Positions 19,428 to 29,451 are shown, counted from the stretch's first letter. The stretch: DNA of 58,402 bases from a virus (IMGVR_UViG_3300030118_002679:1-58402); one strand, 5' to 3'. Made by a program: numbers and translations. Notes: generated from the letters alone by a model not told the origin.

Positions 19428-19774
19428 CTATAAGATATAAAAATCAGGGGTTTAAACAAACTGATACTAGCAAAACTACAGTATTTACTTGTCCTAGTGA
19501 TGCAACAGTTATAGTTAAAAGTGTTTATTGTGCAAACAATGATGCCTCATCAGCTATTTTAGTAAATATGAATTTTGTTGATTCATCTGATTCAAACACT
19601 GAATATGAATTTTTTAGAGATGATGTTGCAGCTAAATCGCAAGTAAATGCAACACCTCAAGGATTGAATTTAGAAGCAGGAGATGCTATAACTGTGCAAT
19701 CAGCAACAGGGAGTGGTAAGATACAAGGATTAATAAGTTATGCTCTTATAGATAGATTTTTGCAGAATGGCTAA
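19424..19774 (+). CDS. Virion structural protein (beta-sandwich)
   Basis: TVFTCPSDATVIVKS...LNLEAGDAITV. Confidence 0.6.
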   Translation: MTIRYKNQGFKQTDTSKTTVFTCPSDATVIVKSVYCANNDASSAILVNMNFVDSSDSNTEYEFFRDDVAAKSQVNATPQGLNLEAGDAITVQSATGSGKIQGLISYALIDRFLQNG

Positions 19775-20334
19775 TGCAAATCCATCAAGCTATTTATAAA
19801 GTAGAAAAAACTTTATCATTAAAATACTGTAAAGAATTAGTTGAATTTATAGACATCAAAGCTGTAACAAAAGCAAAAGTATTAATTGGTGGTAAAAATG
19901 TAGAGGACACTAAACAAAGAAATGTTTTTGATTATGGCTTGGATAAAGACAATAAAGAAGATGTAGAACATGGCAAAGTTTTAATGCAAAAAATGAAAGA
20001 AGCCTTAGATCAGTATGTGCAAACTTTTACTTATCTCAGAGAGGCTTCTCCACAAACAATAAACTTACTTAAATACACGAAAGGTAATTTTTACAGACCT
20101 CACATTGATGCGTTTCATACAGTAAATAGACAACTATCTTTTATTTTTTGTTTAAATGAAGACTACATTGGAGGTGAACTATATTTTTATCACCCTACTA
20201 CAAGAAAACCTTACTCACAAGCTAACTTAAAAACAGGTGATTTGATGATATTTCCAAGTAATTTTTTATATCCTCATCAGGTTACTCCAGTTACAAAGGG
20301 TGTCCGATATAGTGTCGTTGCTTGGTATAGTTAA
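19774..20334 (+). CDS. 2OG-Fe(II) oxygenase, prolyl-4-hydroxylase-like
   Basis: YRPHID, LNEDYIGGEL, IFPSNFLYPHQVTPVTKGVRYSVVAW. Confidence 0.88.
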   Translation: MQIHQAIYKVEKTLSLKYCKELVEFIDIKAVTKAKVLIGGKNVEDTKQRNVFDYGLDKDNKEDVEHGKVLMQKMKEALDQYVQTFTYLREASPQTINLLKYTKGNFYRPHIDAFHTVNRQLSFIFCLNEDYIGGELYFYHPTTRKPYSQANLKTGDLMIFPSNFLYPHQVTPVTKGVRYSVVAWYS

Positions 20335-20341
20335 TTATTAG

Positions 20342-20369
20342 TTGACATCACATCTAGATGTGCTAATAT
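20342..20369 (+). promoter_or_regulatory. Sigma70 promoter with palindromic operator in the spacer
   Basis: TTGACA-tCACATCTAGATGTGc-TAATAT. Confidence 0.75.
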
Positions 20370-20391
20370 TAAAATAACAAAGGAGAAAATA

Positions 20392-20724
20392 ATGAATAAA
20401 AAACAGTATTTAGAATCAAGAACTAGAAATGGCAGAGAAACATGGAATTTATCTGTAAAAGAAATCAAAAGCTATCTTGAGGAACATAATCCGAAAATTT
20501 TGATTAAATGTGGTGTATATGAATATACCTCTGATTTAGCTTCCTTAGTTTATCGCATAGGAAGTGCAAGACATATTAAAGAAGTTTTTAATGGGTACAT
20601 GAACACTTATGTAAATGATGTTTTTTGGACTAGAGAAGCTACTGGGTGGACTGATGGTCATGAAGTAGCAGATTATGATGATACAGAGTGTATTAAAATA
20701 GAACAATCTTACTGGTTACAATAA
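20392..20724 (+). CDS. Hypothetical protein in a self-contained (moron-like) cassette
   Basis: Own promoter, AACAAAGGAG leader, downstream terminator. Confidence 0.75.
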   Translation: MNKKQYLESRTRNGRETWNLSVKEIKSYLEEHNPKILIKCGVYEYTSDLASLVYRIGSARHIKEVFNGYMNTYVNDVFWTREATGWTDGHEVADYDDTECIKIEQSYWLQ

Positions 20725-20761
20725 CTATTGCTATATATGAGACAAGATGATATCATTTAGT

Positions 20762-20817
20762 TGTTTTTATTCAAAACTTCTCCAATTCAACCCTAACTAA
20801 TCAGTTAGGGTTTTTTT
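20762..20817 (+). ncRNA. Candidate small RNA 1 (anti-RBS)
   Basis: TTGCTA-17-TATCAT promoter at 20728-20756; contains TTTTTATTCA and TTCTCC; ends in a terminator. Confidence 0.4.
20789..20817 (+). terminator. Rho-independent terminator
   Basis: AACCCTAACT-AATC-AGTTAGGGTT followed by a T-run. Confidence 0.85.
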
Positions 20818-20854
20818 GTTGATCTATCATGTTTTTTATGCGATTATATGTGCT

Positions 20855-21049
20855 ATGAAAAAAATACAATGTGAAACTAGGGAAGTATACAGAAACAAAA
20901 AAAACAATATGGTTTATGCCTCTAAAGAAGACGCAGAGAAGGATATTAACAATCCAGACACAGATACAAAAAGAGAGGATGTTGTTAATGATGTTACAGT
21001 TATAGTGCCACCAGAGGCTTTGTCTTTAGTCTCAAATACACAAAAATGA
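20855..21049 (+). CDS. Hypothetical protein (ATG 20855 preferred)
   Basis: MKKIQCETREVYRNKK...; coupled to the SET gene. Confidence 0.6.
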   Translation: MKKIQCETREVYRNKKNNMVYASKEDAEKDINNPDTDTKREDVVNDVTVIVPPEALSLVSNTQK

Positions 21050-21363
21050 AAATAAATTATAATAAATTTTATTATAATCCTTTACCAGATAATCTATCTA
21101 TAAGAAAAAGTGATATACATGGACATGGAATATTTGCTAACAAAGAAATAAAAAAAGATTATGATCTAGGAAGCACTCATATTAAGGTGCCTATGATATT
21201 AGGTTTTATTAGAACACCTTTGGGTGGTTTTATTAATCATTCCAACAAACCAAATTGTGTTTTAGAAGTTACTAGAGATTGGGATGATTATATTATTTAT
21301 AATGTATTTACAACTAGACTTATTAAAAAAAATGAAGAGTTATTATTAGAGTATGGTGCTTAA
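21046..21363 (+). CDS. SET-domain protein (putative lysine methyltransferase)
   Basis: KSDIHGHGIFA, GFINHSNKPN, IKKNEELLLEY. Confidence 0.85.
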   Translation: MKINYNKFYYNPLPDNLSIRKSDIHGHGIFANKEIKKDYDLGSTHIKVPMILGFIRTPLGGFINHSNKPNCVLEVTRDWDDYIIYNVFTTRLIKKNEELLLEYGA

Positions 21364-22292
21364 TGTTACCTAGAGGTGGAACAGAAATACAACATCATTT
21401 TTTATCACATTACGTGGATGAAAAACTTTTATCTAATTTTCAAATTTGCACATCTATACCTAATAAAGTTCCGATATTAGAAGATAAAATAAATATACTA
21501 TGGCAAAAAAATAGTTATGATCAACCAAACATTTATCCTTGGTTTGAAGACAAAAATAATCACGATAAATTTGATTGGTATATTTTTAATTCTCATTGGA
21601 ACTATGAGAAATTTAGATACAAGTTTGATGTGCCTACTAATAAATGTCACGTAATAAAAAATGGAGTTACTAATTTTCCAGAAAGAGCTTTATATAAAAA
21701 AGGTGATATGGTGAGAATGTTATTTCATGTTACTCCTTGGAGAGGTTTAAATGTTTTGCTAGGAGCTATGCAACAGTTACAAGATTGTAATGTGCATTTA
21801 GATGTGTTTAGTAGTTGTAAAATTTACGGTGAGGAGTTTGAAAAAGCTAATGAACATATTTATGAGCCTTTATATGAACAAGCAAGAAAACTAGAAAATG
21901 TAAATTATATCGGATATAAAGAACATTCTTTTATACAAAAATTTATGTATAGATATCATATGTTTGCCTATCCTAGTATATGGGAAGAAACAAGTTGTAA
22001 TGCAGCTCTTGAGGCAATGGCTAGTGGGTTATATTGTATTGTTACTAACTTTGGTGCATTGTATGAGACTTGTTCTGAGTTTCCTGTGTATGTTACTTAT
22101 GATAAAAACTATCGTAACTTATCTACTGCTTTTGCACATGCAATAAGAAGTGCAGTAGAACATATGGATCAACCAGAGATACATGAACATTTATTAATGC
22201 AACAAAACTTTGTGAAAAAATTTTATAGTTGGGAGAAGAAAAAATTAGAGTGGACAAATTTTTTACAAGGAGCATTAAATGCAAAATCATGA
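21363..22292 (+). CDS. GT-B glycosyltransferase (GT4-like)
   Basis: GGTE start, PWRGLNVLL, FAYPSIWEETSCNAALEAMASG. Confidence 0.85.
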   Translation: MLPRGGTEIQHHFLSHYVDEKLLSNFQICTSIPNKVPILEDKINILWQKNSYDQPNIYPWFEDKNNHDKFDWYIFNSHWNYEKFRYKFDVPTNKCHVIKNGVTNFPERALYKKGDMVRMLFHVTPWRGLNVLLGAMQQLQDCNVHLDVFSSCKIYGEEFEKANEHIYEPLYEQARKLENVNYIGYKEHSFIQKFMYRYHMFAYPSIWEETSCNAALEAMASGLYCIVTNFGALYETCSEFPVYVTYDKNYRNLSTAFAHAIRSAVEHMDQPEIHEHLLMQQNFVKKFYSWEKKKLEWTNFLQGALNAKS

Positions 22293-23097
22293 GCCTATAT
22301 ATATAGATGATAATAAAATAAAATTATTTGTAGCGACACCAGTGCATAGTGAGGTATCTATACACTACATGCAATCTGTTTTTAAACTACAAGCTAAATG
22401 TCATGAAAAGAAAATACCAATTATGTTACAACTTATGAAATCTTCTTTAGTGACACAAGGTCGTAATTTATGTGTGTCAGAATTTTTAAACTCTGGTTAT
22501 ACTCATATGCTTTTTATTGATAGTGACATACTGTTTGATGCCGACTCTATTTTTAAAATGATAGAAAAAGATGAAGAGGTATTAAGCATACCTTATCCTA
22601 TGAAAGTCATACAATGGGATAAAGTGATGAACAAGTGGCGAGACATCCCTAGTATGAATAAAGATCAAGCTAGTACCTCTGGTAATATGTATCCAGTACG
22701 TATAAAAGACAAAGAGGATGATATAACCGTAACCAATGGCATGATAGAATTATCTCACTCCATGACTGGATGTTTACTAATTAAAAAAGAAGCTTTAGAA
22801 AAAATGAAAAAAGCCTATCCAGAGCTGACTATAAAACAAGAAACGATGATAGATGGTAAGAAACAATTACGTAAGAATTTTTATAACTTTTTTGATACTT
22901 ACTACGATACAGAAAATAAACTTTATCTAGGAGAAGACTTTGCTTTTTCACGTTTGTGGACAAAATTAGGTGGTAAATGTATGGCTTTAATTACAGAATA
23001 TATTACTCATGTAGGTGATTATCAGTTTTCTGGTCGTTTAATTGATGAAATGGTAGCTATTCCCACAGATAGTATTGATACTTCTGATAAGAAATAG
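22279..23097 (+). CDS. GT-A fold glycosyltransferase-like protein
   Basis: LFVATP, SLVTQGRN, HMLFIDSDI (DxD), YLGEDFAF, HVG. Confidence 0.8.
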   Translation: MQNHEPIYIDDNKIKLFVATPVHSEVSIHYMQSVFKLQAKCHEKKIPIMLQLMKSSLVTQGRNLCVSEFLNSGYTHMLFIDSDILFDADSIFKMIEKDEEVLSIPYPMKVIQWDKVMNKWRDIPSMNKDQASTSGNMYPVRIKDKEDDITVTNGMIELSHSMTGCLLIKKEALEKMKKAYPELTIKQETMIDGKKQLRKNFYNFFDTYYDTENKLYLGEDFAFSRLWTKLGGKCMALITEYITHVGDYQFSGRLIDEMVAIPTDSIDTSDKK

Positions 23098-23103
23098 TAG
23101 AAT
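23075..23103 (+). promoter_or_regulatory. Sigma70-type promoter for the ejection-protein operon
   Basis: TTGATA-17-TAGAAT. Confidence 0.55.
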
Positions 23104-23132
23104 ATCACTATATATTAAACTAAGGAGTTTTT

Positions 23133-23897
23133 ATGTCATTTATCGTACCTATCGCAGCTGGAGTTGGAAGTTTTCTCTTAGCTAAAGCAAGTGGTGCTAG
23201 TAATCGAGATGCATTAATTGCTGGTGGGATTGGTGCATTAGGTGGAGCAGCCGCTTTTAAATTTGGAACAGCAACAGGAGCTGGTTCATTAGCAACTGCA
23301 TTAGGTGGTACGACAACAAAAGCCGCTTTGACTGGTATTACTGCTGGTACTTTAGGATCAGCCGCTATGCAAGGACAACCAGGACAAGCTCAACCTTTAG
23401 AGCAAATGAACGTAGGTTTTCAAGGAGTTGACCCAGCACAATACGCACAAGCTAAAGAAAATTTACAAGGGATTACACAAAGAGCAAATTATGCTGATGC
23501 TCCACAAACAGATGTAGCACAACCTAGTGTGTACGATTTTACCAATCAGGCAATGTATACAGCTAAAGAAGGTGGATTAGCAGAGATAAAAAGATTTAGA
23601 GAAGGTGGTGTGAATTACTTACCAAGTAAAACGGATCACGATGAAAAAGATTATAACAATTATGTTAGAGCTGAGGGTTATGTAGAAGACGGTAGTGGTA
23701 ATGGGAATAAAGATGAAGACACTATGTTAGCACAATTAGCTGATGGAGAGTTTGTTAGTAGAGCTGATGCAATACTAGGAGCTGGCATCATGGAGGGAGC
23801 TAGTCCAGAAGATTTTAAAGAGATGAGAAGATTAGGAGCTAAGTTCTTTTACAAACAACAAGATCAGTTGAAGAGGATTTACGATATTACTTCATGA
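23133..23897 (+). CDS. Internal virion / DNA ejection protein
   Basis: Gly/Ala hydrophobic N-terminus; FREGG...GNGNKDEDTMLAQLADGEFV motif resembling tape-measure C-termini. Confidence 0.6.
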   Translation: MSFIVPIAAGVGSFLLAKASGASNRDALIAGGIGALGGAAAFKFGTATGAGSLATALGGTTTKAALTGITAGTLGSAAMQGQPGQAQPLEQMNVGFQGVDPAQYAQAKENLQGITQRANYADAPQTDVAQPSVYDFTNQAMYTAKEGGLAEIKRFREGGVNYLPSKTDHDEKDYNNYVRAEGYVEDGSGNGNKDEDTMLAQLADGEFVSRADAILGAGIMEGASPEDFKEMRRLGAKFFYKQQDQLKRIYDITS

Positions 23898-24307
23898 TAA
23901 ATATTGTGAAGGTAAATGTTGACGAACATTGGACACAAGCATCTAAATTATTAAAAGATGCTATTGAATTAAGTAACGGTAGGCATACTTTAGAAAGTAC
24001 CTACAATAATTTAGTCAAAGGAGTTATGAGATTGTACGCAGTTTATGTTAAAGATAAAATAAAAAGTTTTTTCGTAACTCAAATAGTTCTATACCCAGCT
24101 AAAACTATTTATGGAATTATATTCTGTGGTGGCACACATGTTATAAACAACATCAAAAAGATTGAAAGTTTTTTCAAAACAGAAGCTTTGACAAACGGTT
24201 GTAGGGGTGTAGAGATTATAGGTAGAAACGGTTGGTCAAAGATAATTAAGAATACTCCTAGTTTGGAGTTTGAACCTAAAGGTGTTTACTATGAAATGGA
24301 TACTTAA
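23894..24307 (+). CDS. GNAT-like virion-module protein
   Basis: GIIFCGG...NGCRGVEIIGRNGWSK; position like that of T7 gp13-type genes. Confidence 0.45.
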   Translation: MINIVKVNVDEHWTQASKLLKDAIELSNGRHTLESTYNNLVKGVMRLYAVYVKDKIKSFFVTQIVLYPAKTIYGIIFCGGTHVINNIKKIESFFKTEALTNGCRGVEIIGRNGWSKIIKNTPSLEFEPKGVYYEMDT

Positions 24308-25379
24308 ACTATTACCTAATAAATTTAAGGTATGGTTATACAAATGTTTATACAAAGAAGTAGCTAGTCAAGGAGAATACGAGGACACAGAACTAGCACA
24401 TGTAAATCCTTATGAAGTAAAACTATTAAAAGAGATTGGTGGATCTGGTAGGTTAAACAAAGCTACTGGACTGAAAGGGTACTTTGGTGGTGGTGGTGCT
24501 CCAGCTCCAGCTCCTAGTGGTGGATCTGGTAGACAAGAAACAATATCTAGAGAAGCTCCAGAAATAGAAGCAAGAAAATTAGCATTGTATGATCAAGCTA
24601 TTGAACTTGCTAGACAACCGATGGCTATACCAGAATATAAAGTAGCAGGCCCATCTCCATTAGAGTCACAAGCTTTTACGCAATCTGGTCAAACTGGTAT
24701 AGGAGCTGTACCAGTACAAGCTGGATTAGGTGCAACTATAGGAGCTGGTCAAACAGCTATGCAAGATATTACACAACAAGGAGGTTTGATTGATTCTTTC
24801 ATGAACCCTTATCAAAGATATGTTATTGATGAGATTAATAGACAAAGTCAAGTAAGACAAAATGAACAAGCAGCTCAAGCAATAGGAGCTGGAGCTTTTG
24901 GTGGTGGTAGAGAAGGTGTACAAAGAGCTGAAGAAGAAACTAGAAGATTAGGTTTAATAGGACAAGCTCAAGCAGAGGGTTTCCGTAGTGCATTAGGAGC
25001 AGCTGAAAGACAAAGACAATTTCAAACAGAAGCTCAACTTAATCAAGCTGCTTCCTTATCTAACTTAGGTCAAACACAACAATCTATGGCCCAACGTGAC
25101 ATACAACAACAACTACAAGCTGGTCAGTTACAAAGAGATATAGCACAAAAAGGTCTTGAAGCACAAAGGGCGACTGAAGTAGCAAGACAAGCTGAACCAT
25201 TTCAAAGAGTAGAATTTGCAAAAGGTATTATGACAGCATTACCAACTACTGCATCACAGATTACAGCAACGACTGGTCCTGGTGCTAATCCACTTGCACA
25301 AGCTGCTGGTGCTGGTATCGGAGCATACGCTGCTTATAACTTATTATCAAACCCAGCTGCACAAACAAAGGTACCTTAA
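24291..25379 (+). CDS. DNA ejection protein (ATG 24291 preferred)
   Basis: DTELAHVNP.E..LLKEIGGSGRLN.ATGL; FMNPYQ..VI; AGAFGGGR; Q/A/G-rich. Confidence 0.65.
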   Translation: MKWILKLLPNKFKVWLYKCLYKEVASQGEYEDTELAHVNPYEVKLLKEIGGSGRLNKATGLKGYFGGGGAPAPAPSGGSGRQETISREAPEIEARKLALYDQAIELARQPMAIPEYKVAGPSPLESQAFTQSGQTGIGAVPVQAGLGATIGAGQTAMQDITQQGGLIDSFMNPYQRYVIDEINRQSQVRQNEQAAQAIGAGAFGGGREGVQRAEEETRRLGLIGQAQAEGFRSALGAAERQRQFQTEAQLNQAASLSNLGQTQQSMAQRDIQQQLQAGQLQRDIAQKGLEAQRATEVARQAEPFQRVEFAKGIMTALPTTASQITATTGPGANPLAQAAGAGIGAYAAYNLLSNPAAQTKVP

Positions 25380-25380
25380 T

Positions 25381-27036
25381 ATGAACACAGAAGGTAATAT
25401 TTTTAAACAAAAGCCAAATGACAATCTTAGAGATAATATGAATGGTACGGAGGAAAACGCACAAACACAAGGTGCAGATAAAAAAACACCTCAAACTGTA
25501 AGAAAACCAAATGCAACTGCTACTGCACCACTATTCACGCAACAAGAAAGAATAGGTTACACTTTGATACCGTTGGCTAGTGCTTTATTACAAGGTAAGA
25601 GATCTGGTGGGGGATCGTTATTAAATGACACGTTAGGTAGTTTAGGGCAAGGTCTTATGGGTACAGCAGATATGGCTTTACGTATAAAACAACTAGAAGG
25701 CAAGAAAAGAGAAACTGGTACTGGAGTCAAAAATGTTAAATTACAACCTACTGCTGGACAAGTTGAAATACAAGGTCAAATATATACACCAGAAATGGGC
25801 AGAGAATTTACTTTAGATGAAGCAACTAGGTTGATGTATCCACCAGATACTTTTATGGAGGTGTCCTCTGATAAGAAAGGCACTATAAAAACTGAAACTT
25901 TTAGTCTTTTTTATGTTGGTACTAAAGATGAAGCTAAAAGACTATATCCTAATAACCCTACTATACAAGATCTAATAGTTGCTAAAGATGACAACCAAAT
26001 AGGTCAACCAGTTATACAAAATAATAAAAGATTAGCAGCTAATGTTATTTTCAAAGACGGTAATCAAATAGAAGAGAGATTAGATTTTGTTTCAAAACAG
26101 CCAGTTGGAACCACTACAGATTCATTAGGACAACCTATTTTTCAAAAAGACAGAGCAAGTGCTGTAGCGTATTTAAAAAGCTTAGGTATAAATGAAGATA
26201 TATCCGGATATGAAGCAGTTATTAACAAATTAATTAATCCTGCAAAAGCAGGAAAACCAGTTTTTGAGAGTGGAGTAGGGTTAGTAGTTTCTGCAAGAAG
26301 ACCAGATGTAGCTGGTTCAAATATAGAGTTTATATCTTTAGCACCAGAAAAAGATTTAAAAGATGCAAGATTTATAGCTAATCAAGATGCAGTTAAAAAA
26401 TTAAATAAAGTATCAACTGATTTATCTGCTCAAGTCTCACAAATGTCTGGTAGAGTAGAGCAAGTAATGAATCTTTTGTTAGGAGGAACTCCTACAGGAA
26501 GATTAGAAGAACTTTTATTACCTTTTAGATCTTTTTTAAGAGATGTTGTAGGAATGACTCAAGAAGAAAGAGAAAAATTAAGTGCACAACAAGCAATACA
26601 AAAGTCAGCATTTGCCTTAGCTCCTTTAATGAGACAAGCTGGTGCTGGATCTACATCAGATATGGAATTTAACGCTTATATGTCAGCTGCTGTAAGGTTG
26701 GGAGACACACCTAGAGCTAACTATATAAGTTTGTATATGTTGAACAATATTAAAAAAAACGCAGAAAGAGTTGCTGCATTAAGAACAGATTTATTAGTTG
26801 AAGGTAAAACTGCTCAAGAAATCAAAGAAGCAGTAGATGCTCAAGATCCAGGTTTATTTAAAACTTACAAAGGTGAAACAGATAGAGATGCTATAAGAGA
26901 GTGGAGCAAAACTTTAAAAAGAGGCGATGTTGTTTTTAACATGGATCGAGATGGTAATCCTATTTATACTGTAAATGGAGTATCTGCTGGATCTTATGTA
27001 GTGGTGGATGGTCAAGGAGGATTGTTTTTTCAATAG
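25381..27036 (+). CDS. Internal virion protein (ATG 25381 preferred)
   Basis: Long ORF in the ejection module; GAGSTSDMEF motif. Confidence 0.6.
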   Translation: MNTEGNIFKQKPNDNLRDNMNGTEENAQTQGADKKTPQTVRKPNATATAPLFTQQERIGYTLIPLASALLQGKRSGGGSLLNDTLGSLGQGLMGTADMALRIKQLEGKKRETGTGVKNVKLQPTAGQVEIQGQIYTPEMGREFTLDEATRLMYPPDTFMEVSSDKKGTIKTETFSLFYVGTKDEAKRLYPNNPTIQDLIVAKDDNQIGQPVIQNNKRLAANVIFKDGNQIEERLDFVSKQPVGTTTDSLGQPIFQKDRASAVAYLKSLGINEDISGYEAVINKLINPAKAGKPVFESGVGLVVSARRPDVAGSNIEFISLAPEKDLKDARFIANQDAVKKLNKVSTDLSAQVSQMSGRVEQVMNLLLGGTPTGRLEELLLPFRSFLRDVVGMTQEEREKLSAQQAIQKSAFALAPLMRQAGAGSTSDMEFNAYMSAAVRLGDTPRANYISLYMLNNIKKNAERVAALRTDLLVEGKTAQEIKEAVDAQDPGLFKTYKGETDRDAIREWSKTLKRGDVVFNMDRDGNPIYTVNGVSAGSYVVVDGQGGLFFQ

Positions 27037-27045
27037 GATATATTT

Positions 27046-29451
27046 ATGACAATAGAAGTTAAAGTATCAGAATCAGAAGTAAGAAATATAGATGATGGCA
27101 TAGAGTTTCCAGACATGCCTGAAATGGGTGAAGTAGAGGGTATGGGAATAGGTGATATTCCAGAACAGTTAAAAACTATGTTTACTAGAGGTGCTTTTGG
27201 AAAAGCTGAGGTTATAGAAAGAGATTATGGAGATGATGATAGATTTGGTGGCATTTTTGTAGATAAATTTAATAATCCAATAGTAGTTTTTAATCAAAAA
27301 CCTTATTACATCAACAAAAAAGGTTTATCCGTTACAGATTTTGCTGATTTTGTAGCAGAAATAGGTAAATTTATGGCTCCCACAAAAATAGTAAATAGAA
27401 TGAAAAAAGTGGGTAATAAAATTTTATTTGGCACACCTATATATGGAGCTTTTGAATTAGGTGCAGAAGGTTTAAATAAGTATTTTGCACCAGAAACAGC
27501 AGAAAGAAATGCTAAATCTTTAGGAGATTCTTTGAAAGATGCTGGTATAGTTGGAGGAATATCATCTGGTTTAGACGTTGCTTTACCACCTACTTTTTCT
27601 ATATTGGGCAAAGCTGTAAAAAGTGGTACAACTGCTGGTTTAAATGTAGCAAAAAATGTATTTCCTAGATACAAACCTGGCATAGAAAAAACACTAGGTG
27701 CTAATATTTTAAAAGAATCAGACATAGTGGGCAAAGAAGTAGCAAAAGAAGAGATACCTTTAACTATAGGTCAAAGACTAGCAAATAATATACAATTAGG
27801 CAGAGAAGAATTACTACGATACAGTAATGCAGCTGGAGCTAAGGCTAATGAAATTATCAAAGAGTTTGATGAAAAACAATTAAAAATAATAAGAAATATA
27901 GCTAATGGTTTAGCTGATAAATTTGGATCTGGCTCTGGCGTATTACAAAGCGAAACACCAATTCAAGATGTTTTTAAAGATATAACTGGTATAGCACAAA
28001 AGGGAGCAGATGATATTTATAAAAAGTCACAAGAGCTTTACACAAAAGTAAAAAATTCTGTGAATCCTGAAACTGGTGCACCTTCTGTAACAGTAGATAA
28101 AATGTCAGCTAGAGAATTAACAGACAAAATTGTCACAACAATTAATGACGAAGGACTAACACCTAACAATTTATCTGACATGACTAAATTAAGAAAAGCT
28201 AAAGAGGATGTAGAAGACTTATTACCAAAAGCAAAGACCTTAAATGATATTCATATGCTACAAAAAAGCGTAAATAATTTTTTTCTTGGTGCTGAAAAAA
28301 ACGAAAAAAGAATTATAGGTTTAATAAAGAGTCAATTGGATGATGCAGTTTTTAAAAATATAGACGATGGTCTTTTATTAGGAGATGAACAAGTAATAAA
28401 AGAATTGAGAGAAGCTACTGGATTATACAAAGATTATTTAGGATTGACTGGCAAAATTAAGTCTAAAAATTTAGCTAAAAGAAAAGTAAATGCTATTTTA
28501 GAAAAATTAACTACAGAAGGGTTATCTCCATTACAAGTAGCTAATAGTATGATTGGTCATTCAAAAATAACTAATCCTAGTGAAATAGTATCAGTAATTA
28601 ATGTGTTAGAAGATACATTACCAGCTAAAGCTAGAGATCAAATAATGAAAAAATTAAAAGATGCTATATTAGTTAAAGCTTTTACAGGTAGTGATCAAAT
28701 TAAAAATACTGTTGTTAATAGAACTGCAATAGTAAAAAACTACAAGAATATATTTACAGACAGTAAAGAATTAGTAGAAAGATTATTTACCAAAGATGAA
28801 CTAAATGCGATAGAGGTATTTAAAGATAAAGTTTTACCAACCATAGCTGCCGAAGAAAAAATTAATAAATCTGGCACTAGTTATTTAATGGCAACAATTA
28901 TCGCAGATATGACTGAAGGTGGTTTATTATTAAATTTGGCTAAACCAGTGAGTAGTGCAGTTGGAACTGTGGGTAGAATAACACCTCTTGTTAGTGAAGT
29001 TTTTAAAGAGGGTGCAGATGAACTATATAAAAAAGAAGCTAATGAAGCTGTAGGAAATTTTATATTGAACAATGAAGTAAATCCATGGATTAGCAACACT
29101 ACAGCAACCATAATAAGAGATAATTTAAGAAAAGAAAAAGTCGGAAGTGGAGACATTGAAGAACTACCAGCAGAATTTAGACCACAAAGTGAATTAGAGA
29201 CTGATAAAGATATATTAGTCGCAGATGCAGAAACACGAAGAGAAACTCCTCAACAACGAATTGGTGATGTAAATGTCACAAGTCCGAACATTAACATAAC
29301 ACCACCCTCGACTCAAGAACAACCAGTGCAAGCTGCTTCTCTACCTACCTCTCCTTCAGAAGGTATTACGTCTCTCAATAAAGGGGAGCAGTTTGAGGGT
29401 CTATTTCCCACTGATAATTTAGGTAGAATGATTGCCAATAGGAGATCATAA
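27046..29451 (+). CDS. Large helical internal virion / ejection protein
   Basis: 801 aa; IPLTIGQR motif; AGGA RBS. Confidence 0.6.
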   Translation: MTIEVKVSESEVRNIDDGIEFPDMPEMGEVEGMGIGDIPEQLKTMFTRGAFGKAEVIERDYGDDDRFGGIFVDKFNNPIVVFNQKPYYINKKGLSVTDFADFVAEIGKFMAPTKIVNRMKKVGNKILFGTPIYGAFELGAEGLNKYFAPETAERNAKSLGDSLKDAGIVGGISSGLDVALPPTFSILGKAVKSGTTAGLNVAKNVFPRYKPGIEKTLGANILKESDIVGKEVAKEEIPLTIGQRLANNIQLGREELLRYSNAAGAKANEIIKEFDEKQLKIIRNIANGLADKFGSGSGVLQSETPIQDVFKDITGIAQKGADDIYKKSQELYTKVKNSVNPETGAPSVTVDKMSARELTDKIVTTINDEGLTPNNLSDMTKLRKAKEDVEDLLPKAKTLNDIHMLQKSVNNFFLGAEKNEKRIIGLIKSQLDDAVFKNIDDGLLLGDEQVIKELREATGLYKDYLGLTGKIKSKNLAKRKVNAILEKLTTEGLSPLQVANSMIGHSKITNPSEIVSVINVLEDTLPAKARDQIMKKLKDAILVKAFTGSDQIKNTVVNRTAIVKNYKNIFTDSKELVERLFTKDELNAIEVFKDKVLPTIAAEEKINKSGTSYLMATIIADMTEGGLLLNLAKPVSSAVGTVGRITPLVSEVFKEGADELYKKEANEAVGNFILNNEVNPWISNTTATIIRDNLRKEKVGSGDIEELPAEFRPQSELETDKDILVADAETRRETPQQRIGDVNVTSPNINITPPSTQEQPVQAASLPTSPSEGITSLNKGEQFEGLFPTDNLGRMIANRRS

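Noticed and set aside
20348-20363. TCACA-N6-TGTG as a CRP/FNR site
   Set aside because: Half-sites are inverted relative to TGTGA-N6-TCACA, and the central TCTAGA is also conserved.
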